This document shows positions 8,272 through 17,214 of a DNA stretch of 64,000 bases, one piece after another; the stretch's first letter is position 1, and every line of letters begins with the position of its first letter. This DNA comes from Myxococcota bacterium (lineage in GTDB: Bacteria; Myxococcota_A; UBA9160; JAFDDA01). The stretch covers positions 2,516,209 through 2,580,208 of the forward strand of contig OZ245817.1 of the NCBI GenBank assembly GCA_965228475.1. Direction: 5' to 3'. A program made the translations under genes and the position numbers. The notes under the pieces were generated by a model. The model made no database searches. It saw nothing but the letters and a program-made list of their open reading frames with translations, and was not told the DNA's origin.

Positions 8272-8460
8272 GCGCACATGGGTGCCCGGCACGTCGCCGG
8301 GGTAAAAGGGAAGGCCGTTCAAATCGGCCGCGGTCCCGCCACTGTGAACGGTTGATTCGTCCGCAAGAGGCCACTGGGGTGCGAGCCCTGGGAAGGCGCG
8401 GACGATGTTCGTAGGCTCGGTTGCCTACGGACCACCGTGAGCCAGGAAACCTGCCCACGT
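8272..8460 (+). promoter_or_regulatory. Cobalamin (B12) riboswitch
   Basis: Core GGTAAAAGGGAAGGCCGTTCAAATCGGCCGCGGTCCCGCCACTGTGAACGG (8301-8351), GCCACTGG (8370-8377) and the B12-box-like 3' element GAGCCAGGAAACCTGCCC (8439-8456) are all present. A P1-like pairing CACATGGG(8274-8281)/CCCACGTG(8454-8461) closes the element. It is followed by a TonB-dependent receptor. Confidence 0.8.
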
Positions 8461-8551
8461 GCAAACGTCAGCGCTCTCCGCGGAGGGAGCGACGCTGCGA
8501 TTCCCGCTCACAGGAATCCCGTCGGTCGTCCGTGGCGAGCATGGAGACACC

Positions 8552-10684
8552 ATGACGCCCGCAGACCGGCGCCGCGCGGAAACGGCAGCCGAACGAAGCC
8601 TTCCCTTCACCCTCGCGATCCTCGGAACCACCCTCCTCTTCGCGTACACGAACGCCGCAGCGGACCCGCCCACAGGGCCGCCTCCGAAGGCCGCCTCGGT
8701 CGGCGAGGTCACCGCGACGGCGGGCCGGACCGAACGCAACGTGCTCGAGACCGCGGGGCACGTCACCGTGCTCGAGCGGAGCGACATCGAGACCAGCGGT
8801 GCCAAGAACGTCGCGGAGCTCCTCCGGCGCGAGCCGGGCGTTCTCGTCACGAACTCCACGAGCACGCGCGGCGGCTACGAGGTCGAGGTGCGAGGCTTCC
8901 AGAACGGCTCGGGCGGGGGCTCCAGCCTGCTCGTCCTCGTGGACGGCCGACGCATCAACGAGCCCGAGACGAGCGTCACCGACTGGGGCTTGATCCCCCT
9001 CGACAACATCGAGCGGGTCGAGATCGTGCGCGGCCCGGCGAGTGCGCTCTATGGCGACAACGCCGTGGGCGGGGTCGTCGAGATCACGACGCGCAGTGGC
9101 GAAGGCCCGCCCCGAGCCACCGTCACCGGCCGGCTCGGCAAGTACCGAACGAAGGAAGGGAGCGCCTGGGCCGGGGGCAGCGCGGGCCCCGTGGCCCTGT
9201 CGGTCTTCTTCGATCACTTCGAGACCGGGGGCTACCGCGACCAGTCGAACTTCCGTTCCCGGGACTTCCAGGGTCGAACGGACATCCAGCTCGGCGACTC
9301 GGCATCGCTGTCGCTCCGCGGCGGCTACGTCACGAACGATCGGCCGCCCCCGGGGCCCCTCAACGAGCTCGAGCTCGACGCGGATCGCCAGCAGGTCGAC
9401 CCCGACAGCATCGGCAGCGATGCCATCGCACGCCGGCGCTTCGTGGATGGAACGCTCACGGCGCAGCCCGCCGAAGGCGTCACGCTCTCGGCGCAGGGCT
9501 ACTACACCCGGCGCAACGACAGCACCGTCGCGCCCTCCGCCGCGGGACTCTTCTCGCGCGGCTTCGAGACCCAGGCGCTCGGGCTGAACGGCAAGGCCCA
9601 GTTCGACTGGCAGGGCCCCGGGGAAACGAAGCTCCGCACCATCATCGGGCTCGACCTGCTCCGCGAGGATCGCAAGGGTGCCGATACGTTCGTCTCGGCA
9701 TTCAACCCGCTCTTCAACAGCGACTCGAAGCGCCGTTCCCGGAAGGACAGCGTCGGAGCGTATCTTCAAGCGGAGCTGGAAGTGCTCTCCTGGCTCCTGC
9801 TGACCGCAGGCTATCGCCACGACCGCGCCGACTACGAGATCAACGACGTCGACCGGATCACGCTGGTCAAGCAGGCCGCGGACCCGACCCATACGCTCCA
9901 TACGCCACGCTTCGGCATCGTGGCCCGCGCCACGGAGACGACCTCGGTCTACGCCTCCTGGGCCCGGGGGTTCCGTCTCCCGAACCTCGGCGAGACCGGC
10001 GGGGTCTTCGCGAACAACCCGAACATCGATCCCCAGCGCTCCAAGGGGATCGAGGTCGGCGTGAAGCATCGCAGCGAGCGGCTGCGCGCGAACCTCGCGC
10101 TCTATCGCATGGACGTCCGCGACGAGATCCTGCTCGATTCCGAGGTGATCCAGTTCGGTTTCTTCGGGCTGCAGACCGTCAACATGGACCGCGTTCGCCA
10201 TCAGGGTCTCGAGGTCTCGTGGTCCTTCGACCTGTTCCCCGCCCTCGAGCTCCACGGCGGCTACACCTGGGACGACACCCGCATCCGGCGCGACAGCACC
10301 ACGAACCTCGACGGCAAGCGCGTCCCGATCACGCCCGAGCACCGCGGCAGCCTCGGTGTCCTGGCCCGGGGCCCCTGGGGCCTCGAAGCCGGAGTCGACG
10401 TCCAGTTCGTGGGCCGGCGCTACGGTGTCAACGACTTCGGCCACCGGCTCGATCAACTCCAGGACTACCGGCGCTGGGACGTTCACCTCGGCTGGCGGCC
10501 GAAGCTCGGCGAGCACGTGGAGCTGGGCTTCACCTTCGACCTCTTGAACGCATCGAACCGCCGCTACGAGGAGACGGGCGGTCGGCCGAGTTTCGTGGCC
10601 GTCGGCGCCACCGCGGTGCCGGGCTTCTTTCCCGCTCCGCGCCGGCACTACATCGGTGGCGTTTCCGTCACGGTGCGGCGGTGA
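8552..10684 (+). CDS. btuB: TonB-dependent receptor (BtuB-like, under B12 riboswitch)
   Basis: Plug-domain signatures VTVLERSDIETSGAKNVAELLRREPGV and IERVEIVRGPASALYGDNAVGGVVEITTR are present, followed by a long beta-barrel region. Start at ATG 8552 gives a signal-like LPFTLAILGTTLLFAYTNAA. Confidence 0.85.
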   Translation: MTPADRRRAETAAERSLPFTLAILGTTLLFAYTNAAADPPTGPPPKAASVGEVTATAGRTERNVLETAGHVTVLERSDIETSGAKNVAELLRREPGVLVTNSTSTRGGYEVEVRGFQNGSGGGSSLLVLVDGRRINEPETSVTDWGLIPLDNIERVEIVRGPASALYGDNAVGGVVEITTRSGEGPPRATVTGRLGKYRTKEGSAWAGGSAGPVALSVFFDHFETGGYRDQSNFRSRDFQGRTDIQLGDSASLSLRGGYVTNDRPPPGPLNELELDADRQQVDPDSIGSDAIARRRFVDGTLTAQPAEGVTLSAQGYYTRRNDSTVAPSAAGLFSRGFETQALGLNGKAQFDWQGPGETKLRTIIGLDLLREDRKGADTFVSAFNPLFNSDSKRRSRKDSVGAYLQAELEVLSWLLLTAGYRHDRADYEINDVDRITLVKQAADPTHTLHTPRFGIVARATETTSVYASWARGFRLPNLGETGGVFANNPNIDPQRSKGIEVGVKHRSERLRANLALYRMDVRDEILLDSEVIQFGFFGLQTVNMDRVRHQGLEVSWSFDLFPALELHGGYTWDDTRIRRDSTTNLDGKRVPITPEHRGSLGVLARGPWGLEAGVDVQFVGRRYGVNDFGHRLDQLQDYRRWDVHLGWRPKLGEHVELGFTFDLLNASNRRYEETGGRPSFVAVGATAVPGFFPAPRRHYIGGVSVTVRR

Positions 10685-10688
10685 CGTC

Positions 10689-11099
10689 GTGAGGCGGTAC
10701 GGAGAGAGGTTCCCGAGCCTTGCGCGGTTCGCCGCGGTCCTCGCGCTGCTTGGGGTCGGGGCCGGGGTGCCGGCGCACGGACAGGAGCGTGTGGCCCGCG
10801 TGACCCTGGTCGACGCACTGCCCCCGAGCCCGAGCGTCGATGCGCGCCTCGAGACGATCCGCGTGCGCATCCAGAGGGCGCTCGTCTATCCGCCGAACGC
10901 GAGGGCCCGGGAGCTCGTCGGGACCTCGCGGGTGGAGTTCGAGATCGACGGCAGCGGCCAGGCGACCGGGTTGGAGACGGTCGCCTCCTCGGGCCACTGG
11001 GTGCTGGATCGCGCTGCGCGGCGCGCGGTCGAAGCCGCTTCGCCTCTCCCCTACGTCTGGGGGAGGCTGGCCGTCCCGGTCCGCTTCGAACTCGATTAG
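10689..11099 (+). CDS. TonB C-terminal-domain (energy transducer TonB family) protein
   Basis: GTG 10689 lies 5 nt after the receptor stop. There is an N-terminal hydrophobic segment and a C-terminus IQRALVYPPNARARELVGTSRVEFEIDGSGQ...LDRAARRAVEAASPLPYV typical of TonB_C. Confidence 0.65.
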   Translation: MRRYGERFPSLARFAAVLALLGVGAGVPAHGQERVARVTLVDALPPSPSVDARLETIRVRIQRALVYPPNARARELVGTSRVEFEIDGSGQATGLETVASSGHWVLDRAARRAVEAASPLPYVWGRLAVPVRFELD

Positions 11100-11135
11100 G
11101 GCCGACCCGGGCAAACCCACCGCGCCCGCGGCGGG

Positions 11136-11876
11136 CTAGCGCAGGGTCGAGGAGAAGAGCTCCTTCACGCGGCGCCAGGCGTCCTTCGCGGCATCGGCGT
11201 CGTAGGTCGCACGCTGGTCGCAGAAGAAGCCGTGATCGCTGCCCTGGTAGACCACGACCTCGTGGTCCGTCCCGGCCTTGCCGAGCGCGGTGCGGATCGC
11301 ATCGACCTGATCGGACGGGATCAGGGCGTCCTCGCCGCCGAACAGGCAGAGGATCCGCCCCTCGATGCCCTCGGTCCGCGAGACCGTCGAAGGCCCGCCC
11401 CCGAGGCCCTCGGGCGCCGCGACGCCTCCGCCGTAGAAGCTCGCCGAGGCAGCGACGTCCGCTTCGCAGGCGGTCAGGTAGGCCATGTGCCCGCCGATGC
11501 AGAAGCCCATGCAGCCGACGGCATCGGTCGTGTCGTCCCGATCCCGGGCGTAGGCGACCGCATCGCGCGCGTCCGAGACCATCTCGTCCGCGACGAGCTG
11601 GTTCAGCAGGCTCATGCCCTTCTCCATCCCCGCGTCGTCGTAGCCGAGCTCGATGCCCGCTCCGGTGCGATGGAAGAAGTCGGGCGCGATGGCGACGTAG
11701 CCCTCCCCCGCCACGCGCTGCACGACGTCCTGAATGTGGGAGTTCACGCCGAAGATCTCCATGTAGACGACGACCGCCGGGTGCGGGCCGCCCGAGGCGG
11801 GGCGTGCGACGAAGCCGCCCATCGTGCCGCCTCCGGAAAGCGGGATCTCGACGCGTTCGGTCTGGACAGGGGCCAT
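11136..11876 (-). CDS. Dienelactone hydrolase family protein
   Basis: GGFVARPASGGPHPAVVVYMEIFGVNSHIQDVVQRVAGEGYVAIAPDFF and GCMGFCIGGHMAY (nucleophile Cys context) are present. SD GGAGGA precedes ATG 11876. Confidence 0.8.
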   Translation of the reverse strand: MAPVQTERVEIPLSGGGTMGGFVARPASGGPHPAVVVYMEIFGVNSHIQDVVQRVAGEGYVAIAPDFFHRTGAGIELGYDDAGMEKGMSLLNQLVADEMVSDARDAVAYARDRDDTTDAVGCMGFCIGGHMAYLTACEADVAASASFYGGGVAAPEGLGGGPSTVSRTEGIEGRILCLFGGEDALIPSDQVDAIRTALGKAGTDHEVVVYQGSDHGFFCDQRATYDADAAKDAWRRVKELFSSTLR

Positions 11877-11991
11877 GGGTCCTCCGTGAAAAGGCGAAAG
11901 GGTCCGGGAGAGCGCGCGGCGCATCTCCCACGCCTGGGAACGTGCGCGGAACCGTGCGCCTCGTCAACTGCTCCGCAGCGCGGCCGCCGCG

Positions 11992-12846
11992 CTAGCGGGC
12001 GCGGGCGAGGTGGTCGCGGAGTGCCCGCGTCCACTCGGACGGGTTCTCGAGCTGGGGTTGGTGCCCTGCGCTCGGGATCACTTCGTGGACCGCGCCGGGA
12101 ATGGCCCGCGCCAGCTCCTCCGCGGTCTCCACGAACGGCCCGTCCTCCTCGCCCACCATGACGAGCGTCGGGCAGGAAACGGCAGCGAGCCGCTCGAGCC
12201 AATCGGGGTGCTCCGCGATGGCGCGTCCGAAGGGCTCGAGCGCGTAAGGGTCCATGCCGACCATGCGCTCGCGGCGCCACGCCCAGTAGCGCTCGGAGCC
12301 CCACTCCTGCTCCCGGCGCCGGTCGGCGGCGCTGCGCGTCGGGTCGTCGTCGCCCCGGCTCCGCAGGATCTCCTGGAGCGCCTCGACCCCCTGCTCGATC
12401 GCGATCTTCGCGCCCACGGCGAACATGTCCCCGTTCATCCAGTCCATGGCCCGGCCGGCCGTGTCCATCAGCACCAGGGAGGCGACGCGTTCGGGATGGG
12501 CCAGCACCATGCGCTGCACGACGAAGCCGCCCATCGAGTGGCCGAGCAGGTCGAAGCGGTCGATGCCGAGGGCGTCGAGCCAGCCGACGAGGTCCTCCGC
12601 CGCCGCGTCGAGCGTGTACGCGGCAGCGTTGCCCGCGTGGTAGCCGTCGCCGTGGCCCCGCAGCGCCGGCGCCAGGGTCCGGCCGAGATCCGAGAGGTCT
12701 TCGAGGCACGGCGCGAAGTCCTTGCGCGAGCCCGTGAAGCCGTGGACCAGGACGAGCGGCCGCCCGCCCTCCCCTTCTTCATCCCAGACCACGTGCACGT
12801 CGCCGACGTCGACCTGGTTCGTCTCGAAGTGATGTTCATGCTCCAT
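11992..12846 (-). CDS. Alpha/beta-fold hydrolase
   Basis: PLVLVHGFTGSRKDF and the nucleophile elbow LLGHSMGGFV are present. SD AGGAG precedes ATG 12846. Confidence 0.8.
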   Translation of the reverse strand: MEHEHHFETNQVDVGDVHVVWDEEGEGGRPLVLVHGFTGSRKDFAPCLEDLSDLGRTLAPALRGHGDGYHAGNAAAYTLDAAAEDLVGWLDALGIDRFDLLGHSMGGFVVQRMVLAHPERVASLVLMDTAGRAMDWMNGDMFAVGAKIAIEQGVEALQEILRSRGDDDPTRSAADRRREQEWGSERYWAWRRERMVGMDPYALEPFGRAIAEHPDWLERLAAVSCPTLVMVGEEDGPFVETAEELARAIPGAVHEVIPSAGHQPQLENPSEWTRALRDHLARAR

Positions 12847-12859
12847 CGAACGAGGGCTC

Positions 12860-13435
12860 CTAGCCGTGCAGCCGCACGAAGGGCGTGCGCTTGGCGATCA
12901 GGTCCGCTTCCGCGGCGAGAATCTCCGAGAGCCGCTCGCGCACGGCCGCGGCCGGCGCCACGGTCTCGGCGAGGTCGACGTAGAGCCGGTGGTGCCGCGC
13001 CTCGCAGGCGAGCAGGCTCCGGTAGAAGGCCGCGAGCTCCGCATCGCCGCAGCGCTCCGCCAGGAGCTTGAAGCGTTCGCAGCTCCGCGCCTCGATCGTC
13101 GCGCAGCAAAGCAGGGTGTCGATGAGCTTCTCGGGCTCGTAGGTCCGCGCCTGGCCGAGCAGCGCCTTCGCGTAGGGGCTCGGCTTCTGCGCGCGGTAGG
13201 GGATGCCCCGCCGCTCGAGCAGAGCGAGGAGCTGCTCGAAGTGCTCGAGTTCCTCGCGTGCGACCTCGGAGAGCGGCACGAGCAGCGCCGTGCGGTCGGC
13301 GTAGCGGGAGATCAGCCCCATGGCCATGCCGGCCGCGCGTTTCTCGCAGTGGGCGTGGTCGAGCAGGAGTTCGGGCAGATCCGAGAGCGCGGTGTCGACC
13401 CACGCCGGGTCCGTCTGGGAAGCCAGCCTCAGCAT
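12860..13435 (-). CDS. miaE: tRNA-(ms2io6A)-hydroxylase MiaE-like di-iron protein
   Basis: A 191-aa C-terminal section of a longer track ORF. LLLDHAHCEKRAAGMA, EELEHFEQL and IEARSCERF...LLACEARHHRLY are MiaE-type di-iron helices. ATG at 13435. Confidence 0.8.
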   Translation of the reverse strand: MLRLASQTDPAWVDTALSDLPELLLDHAHCEKRAAGMAMGLISRYADRTALLVPLSEVAREELEHFEQLLALLERRGIPYRAQKPSPYAKALLGQARTYEPEKLIDTLLCCATIEARSCERFKLLAERCGDAELAAFYRSLLACEARHHRLYVDLAETVAPAAAVRERLSEILAAEADLIAKRTPFVRLHG

Positions 13436-13442
13436 CGCGCGG

Positions 13443-13448
13443 AGTCTA
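13443..13448 (-). promoter_or_regulatory. -10-like TAGACT, 7 nt upstream of the miaE ATG; no SD (leaderless candidate)
   Basis: The minus strand reads TAGACT ccgcgcg ATG (ATG at 13435). Confidence 0.35.
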
Positions 13449-13507
13449 CCGAACGCCGCGCGACGCTCCGCAAGAGAGCGCGCCGGCCTCGTCGCAGCTC
13501 CGCGGGT

Positions 13508-13513
13508 TACACT
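13508..13513 (+). promoter_or_regulatory. -10-like TACACT, 6 nt upstream of the aldo/keto reductase ATG; no SD (leaderless candidate)
   Basis: TACACT ggcgcc ATG (ATG at 13520). Confidence 0.35.
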
Positions 13514-13519
13514 GGCGCC

Positions 13520-14476
13520 ATGGAATATCGGAACCTCGGACGCAGCGGCCTGAAGGTCAGCTCCGTCTCGGTCGGCTCCTGGCTGACGTTCGGCTCGAGC
13601 GTGGAGGTCCGGGAGACGGCCCGCCTGATCGAGCAGGCCTACGACCTCGGCGTGAACTTCTTCGACACCGCGGACGTGTACGCACGCGGCAAGAGCGAGG
13701 AGGCCGTCGGGGCCGCCCTGCGCTCGATTCCCCGGCCCTACGTCGTGCTCGCCACCAAGTGCTTCTTCCCGATGTCCGAGAACCCGAACGACCGCGGGCT
13801 CTCGCGCAAGCACATCGTCGAGAGCGTCGACGCCTCGCTCCGTCGGCTCGGCACCGACTACATCGACCTCCACCAGTGCCATCGCCCGGACCCCGAGACG
13901 CCGATCGACGAGACCGTGCGCGCCTACGAGGATCTGATCCGGGCCGGCAAGGTGCTCTACTGGGGCGTCTCGGAGTGGCGCTCCGCCCAGATCGTCGACG
14001 CCTGCCGGTCGGCGGCGCTCCATGGCGCCTACGCCCCGATCTCGAATCAGCCCCAGTACAACCTGATCCGGCGCGGCATCGAGCGCGACGTCCTGCCGAC
14101 CTGCGAGCGCGAGGGCCTCGGCCAGGTCGTCTTCAGCCCCCTCGCCCAGGGCGTGCTCTCGGGCAAGTACAGCGGCGGGAAGAAGCCGAGCGGGAGCCGA
14201 GCCGCGGACGAAGAACGCAACCAGTTCATGGACGACTTTCTCCGGGACGACGTCCTCTCGCGGGTCGACGCGCTCGGCCCGATCGCCGAGGCGTGCGGCC
14301 TCTCCCTGCCCCAGCTCGCCCTCGCCTGGTGCCTTCGCCAGCCCGGCGTCTCGAGCACCATCGTCGGCGTGACGAGCGAGAAGCAGCTGCGCGACAACGT
14401 CGCCGCGGCGGGCGTCACGATTTCGGAAGAATGCCTCGCACGGATCGAGGCGCTCTTCCCCGGGGCTGGCGTCTGA
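13520..14476 (+). CDS. Aldo/keto reductase (Kv-beta-like subfamily)
   Basis: MEYRNLGRSGLKVSSVSVGSWLTFG, GVNFFDTADVYARGKSEE and YIDLHQCHRPD are present. Confidence 0.85.
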   Translation: MEYRNLGRSGLKVSSVSVGSWLTFGSSVEVRETARLIEQAYDLGVNFFDTADVYARGKSEEAVGAALRSIPRPYVVLATKCFFPMSENPNDRGLSRKHIVESVDASLRRLGTDYIDLHQCHRPDPETPIDETVRAYEDLIRAGKVLYWGVSEWRSAQIVDACRSAALHGAYAPISNQPQYNLIRRGIERDVLPTCEREGLGQVVFSPLAQGVLSGKYSGGKKPSGSRAADEERNQFMDDFLRDDVLSRVDALGPIAEACGLSLPQLALAWCLRQPGVSSTIVGVTSEKQLRDNVAAAGVTISEECLARIEALFPGAGV

Positions 14477-15957
14477 GCCGGACGCTCCGGGCCGACGCGG
14501 TCGTCGTGGGGACCGGCGCCGGCGGCGCACCGGCCGCGGCCGCGCTCGCCGAGGCCGGGCTCACCGTCGTGATGGTCGAATCTGGATCCCACTGGACGTC
14601 GAAGGACTTCACCGGCGTCGAGGGCGACCTCTTCTTCCGCCTCGGACGCCTCGCCGCCACGCAAGACGGGAGCTTGAACCTCTACGCGGGCCATTGCGTG
14701 GGCGGCTCGACCGTCGTGAACGACGCCCTGTGCTGGCGAACCCCGCCCGAGATCCTCGCCGAGTGGCGCGAACGCGACGGCCTCGCCGCCTTCGAGACCG
14801 AACGCTTCGCCCCCTTCCTCGACCGCGCCTGGGCCGACGTCCACGCGAGCCCGACCGCGCGGAGCCACATCAACCGGAACGCCCACGCCCTCGAGCGCGG
14901 CGCACGGGCCCTCGGCTGGGCGGCCGAGCCGATGCACCGCAACGTGCGCGGCTGCGCGAAGCTCGGCCTGTGCAACTTCGGCTGCCCCGCCAACGCCAAG
15001 CAGTCGACGCTCCTCTCCCACGTCCCGCGCGCCCGCGCCGCGGGGGCCCGACTGCTCGCCGACACGCGGGTTCTCCGCGTCCTTTCCCAGGCCGGCCGAG
15101 CCCTCGGGGTCGCCGCCGAGCGGATCGACCCGAATACCGGCCAGGCTCTCGAGACGCTCGAGATCCACGCGCCGCTGGTCTGCCTCGCGGCCGGCGTCCT
15201 CGGCACGCCGCCGCTGCTCCTGCGAAGCGGCTTCGAGCGGGCCGGACGCGGCATCCAGTTCCACTCGAGCGTGCACGTGACCGCCCGCTTCGCCGAGCCG
15301 ATCCACGGCTACTTCGGGCCGACCATGGCCTACGCCATCTCCGAATTTGCCGACGTGCTGGGCCGCGGCGGGCCGGGCTTCATGATCGAGAACACCACCG
15401 TGCATCCCCTCGTGACGGCCCAGAACCTGCCGGCCTTCGGCGATGCCCACGAGGCGGCCATGGCCGCGCTCCCGCACCTCGCCAAGGCCGTCGTGGTGCT
15501 GCGCGATCGCGCCCGCGGGACCGTCTCCGTCGACGACGCGGGCGAAGGCCGCTTCGACCTCGCGCTGGTGAACGAAGACCTCTCGCGCATGGCCGAAGGG
15601 ATGGTGGCGACCGCGCGCGCCTACCTTGCCGCCGGTGCGGAGGAGGTCTGGCTTCCCGTGGACGGCCTCGACCCCATCCGCAGCGAGGCGGACCTCGCCC
15701 GCGTCGAGGGCCGGGTCTTCTCCCAGACCGAACTCTTCTCGCTCTACGCCGTCCATCTCTTCGGTGGCGCCTCGATGGCGCGAGGCGCCGCGGACGGGTT
15801 CTGCGACGAACGGGGCGAAGCCTTCGACCTGCCCGGCCTCTACGTGATGGACGCGGCGGGCCTGCCGGGCAACACCGGCGCGAACCCCCAGATCACGGTC
15901 ATGGCGAACGCCCTGCGGATCGCCGACGGCATCGTTCGGCGCGGAGCCGCCTCGTGA
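14431..15957 (+). CDS. GMC-family FAD oxidoreductase (large subunit-like)
   Basis: ADAVVVGTGAGGAPAAAALAEAGLTVVMVESG is a Rossmann GxGxxG motif, and GGSTVVNDALC is also present. The start is uncertain: ATG 14431 overlaps the AKR gene by 46 nt, and alternatives lie just after 14473. Confidence 0.75.
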   Translation: MPRTDRGALPRGWRLSRTLRADAVVVGTGAGGAPAAAALAEAGLTVVMVESGSHWTSKDFTGVEGDLFFRLGRLAATQDGSLNLYAGHCVGGSTVVNDALCWRTPPEILAEWRERDGLAAFETERFAPFLDRAWADVHASPTARSHINRNAHALERGARALGWAAEPMHRNVRGCAKLGLCNFGCPANAKQSTLLSHVPRARAAGARLLADTRVLRVLSQAGRALGVAAERIDPNTGQALETLEIHAPLVCLAAGVLGTPPLLLRSGFERAGRGIQFHSSVHVTARFAEPIHGYFGPTMAYAISEFADVLGRGGPGFMIENTTVHPLVTAQNLPAFGDAHEAAMAALPHLAKAVVVLRDRARGTVSVDDAGEGRFDLALVNEDLSRMAEGMVATARAYLAAGAEEVWLPVDGLDPIRSEADLARVEGRVFSQTELFSLYAVHLFGGASMARGAADGFCDERGEAFDLPGLYVMDAAGLPGNTGANPQITVMANALRIADGIVRRGAAS

Positions 15958-16556
15958 CGCCGCGCCGGGAACTCGAGCGCTCCCTCGCCCAGCTCGACCG
16001 CCGGGGCTTCCTCCGGCTCACGGGCGCCGTCGCCGCCGCGGGGCTTCTGCCCGCCGGGTGCTCGGCACCGGACCGGTTTGCCCCACCGCCGGACCTCGAC
16101 CTCCGGGTCCTCTCGCCGCGAACCTACGCCACGCTTTCGGCCGCGAGCGACCGCCTGCTCGGCGCCGAGGCCCGTGCGCGCGTCGAGGCCGCGGGCTTCG
16201 ACCTCGCCGCCCGCGCCGACGCCCGCCTCGCCGAGACGCCGGCCCTGACCGGGCTCGTCCAGCAGGCCCTGCTCGCCCTCGAGTTCGGCGTCTGGCCCCT
16301 CGTCCCGAAACTCCGGCCGTTCTCGCGCCTCGACGCGCCGACGCGGGATGCCGTGCTCGGATCGCTGGCTCGCGGCCCCCTCGACCTCTCCCGAGCCCTC
16401 TTCCAGGGCGTCCGCAGCTTCACCTGGCTCGCGTATTACGGCGACACCGTCTCGCATGCGGCGATCCGCTACCCCGGCCCCTTCGGCGGGCCGGGCGCGC
16501 GGGTCGAGGACGCCATGACCTACGATCCGGACACCGCGACAGGAGAACCCTCTTGA
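15954..16556 (+). CDS. Tat-signal small subunit (gluconate 2-dehydrogenase subunit 3-like)
   Basis: GTGA start/stop overlap with the GMC gene. The twin-arginine motif DRRGFLRLTGAVAAAGLLPAGC is present, and size and position are typical of the small partner of GMC dehydrogenases. Confidence 0.65.
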   Translation: MTPRRELERSLAQLDRRGFLRLTGAVAAAGLLPAGCSAPDRFAPPPDLDLRVLSPRTYATLSAASDRLLGAEARARVEAAGFDLAARADARLAETPALTGLVQQALLALEFGVWPLVPKLRPFSRLDAPTRDAVLGSLARGPLDLSRALFQGVRSFTWLAYYGDTVSHAAIRYPGPFGGPGARVEDAMTYDPDTATGEPS

Positions 16557-17212
16557 GCTTTCAGGTCGATTGCTACTGGTCCTTCCGAAGCCCCTACTCG
16601 TATCTCGCCACACCCCGGCTGCGGGCGCTGGCCGAGGAGCGCGGCGTCGACGTCCGCGTGCGCATCGTCCGCCCCCTGGCGATTCGCGACGGCAGCTTCT
16701 TCGCCAACGTGAACCCGCTCTGGCTGCCGTACCTCGCCCGCGACGTCCTGCGCCTGGCCGAGTTCCACGGCATGAAGATGGGCTTCCCGCGGCCGGACCC
16801 CGTCGTGCAGAAGCCCGAGAACGGCCGCATGGTGACGGACCCGAACCAGCCCTACATCCATCGTCTCTCCCGCCTGGGGCTGCTGGCTTCGGAGCGCGGC
16901 CACGGGCTCGCCTTCATCGACGAGGTCTCGCGGATCATCTGGGACGGAACGACCGAGAACTGGCACGAGGGCGACCATCTCGCGCGCGCGAGCGAGCGCG
17001 CCGGGCTCGACCTCGCCGAACTCGACGCCGCGGCCCGCGACGACGCGGCGCAGATCGACGCGAAGATCGAAGAGAACGAGCGCGCCCACGAAGCGGCCGG
17101 ACACTGGGGCGTCCCCACGATGACCTACGAAGGCGAACCCTTCTTCGGCCAGGACCGCTTCGACGTGCTCGTGTGGCGGCTCGAACAGCGCGGCCTTCCG
17201 GCGGCCGGTTGA
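16553..17212 (+). CDS. 2-hydroxychromene-2-carboxylate isomerase / DsbA-like thioredoxin-fold protein
   Basis: The TTG start overlaps the previous stop (TTGA). VDCYWSFRSPYSYLA and the C-terminal GVPTMTYEGEPFFGQDRFDVLVWRL are present. Confidence 0.75.
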   Translation: MSFQVDCYWSFRSPYSYLATPRLRALAEERGVDVRVRIVRPLAIRDGSFFANVNPLWLPYLARDVLRLAEFHGMKMGFPRPDPVVQKPENGRMVTDPNQPYIHRLSRLGLLASERGHGLAFIDEVSRIIWDGTTENWHEGDHLARASERAGLDLAELDAAARDDAAQIDAKIEENERAHEAAGHWGVPTMTYEGEPFFGQDRFDVLVWRLEQRGLPAAG

Positions 17213-17214
17213 CC

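Noticed and set aside
11937-11968. Tandem GGAACGTGCGC / GGAACCGTGCGC and a TTGACG on the opposite strand, between the alpha/beta hydrolase and dienelactone hydrolase genes
   Set aside because: The GGAAC orientation points away from any gene. On the coding strand the -10 partner is poor. The repeats are short and GC-rich, so chance is plausible.
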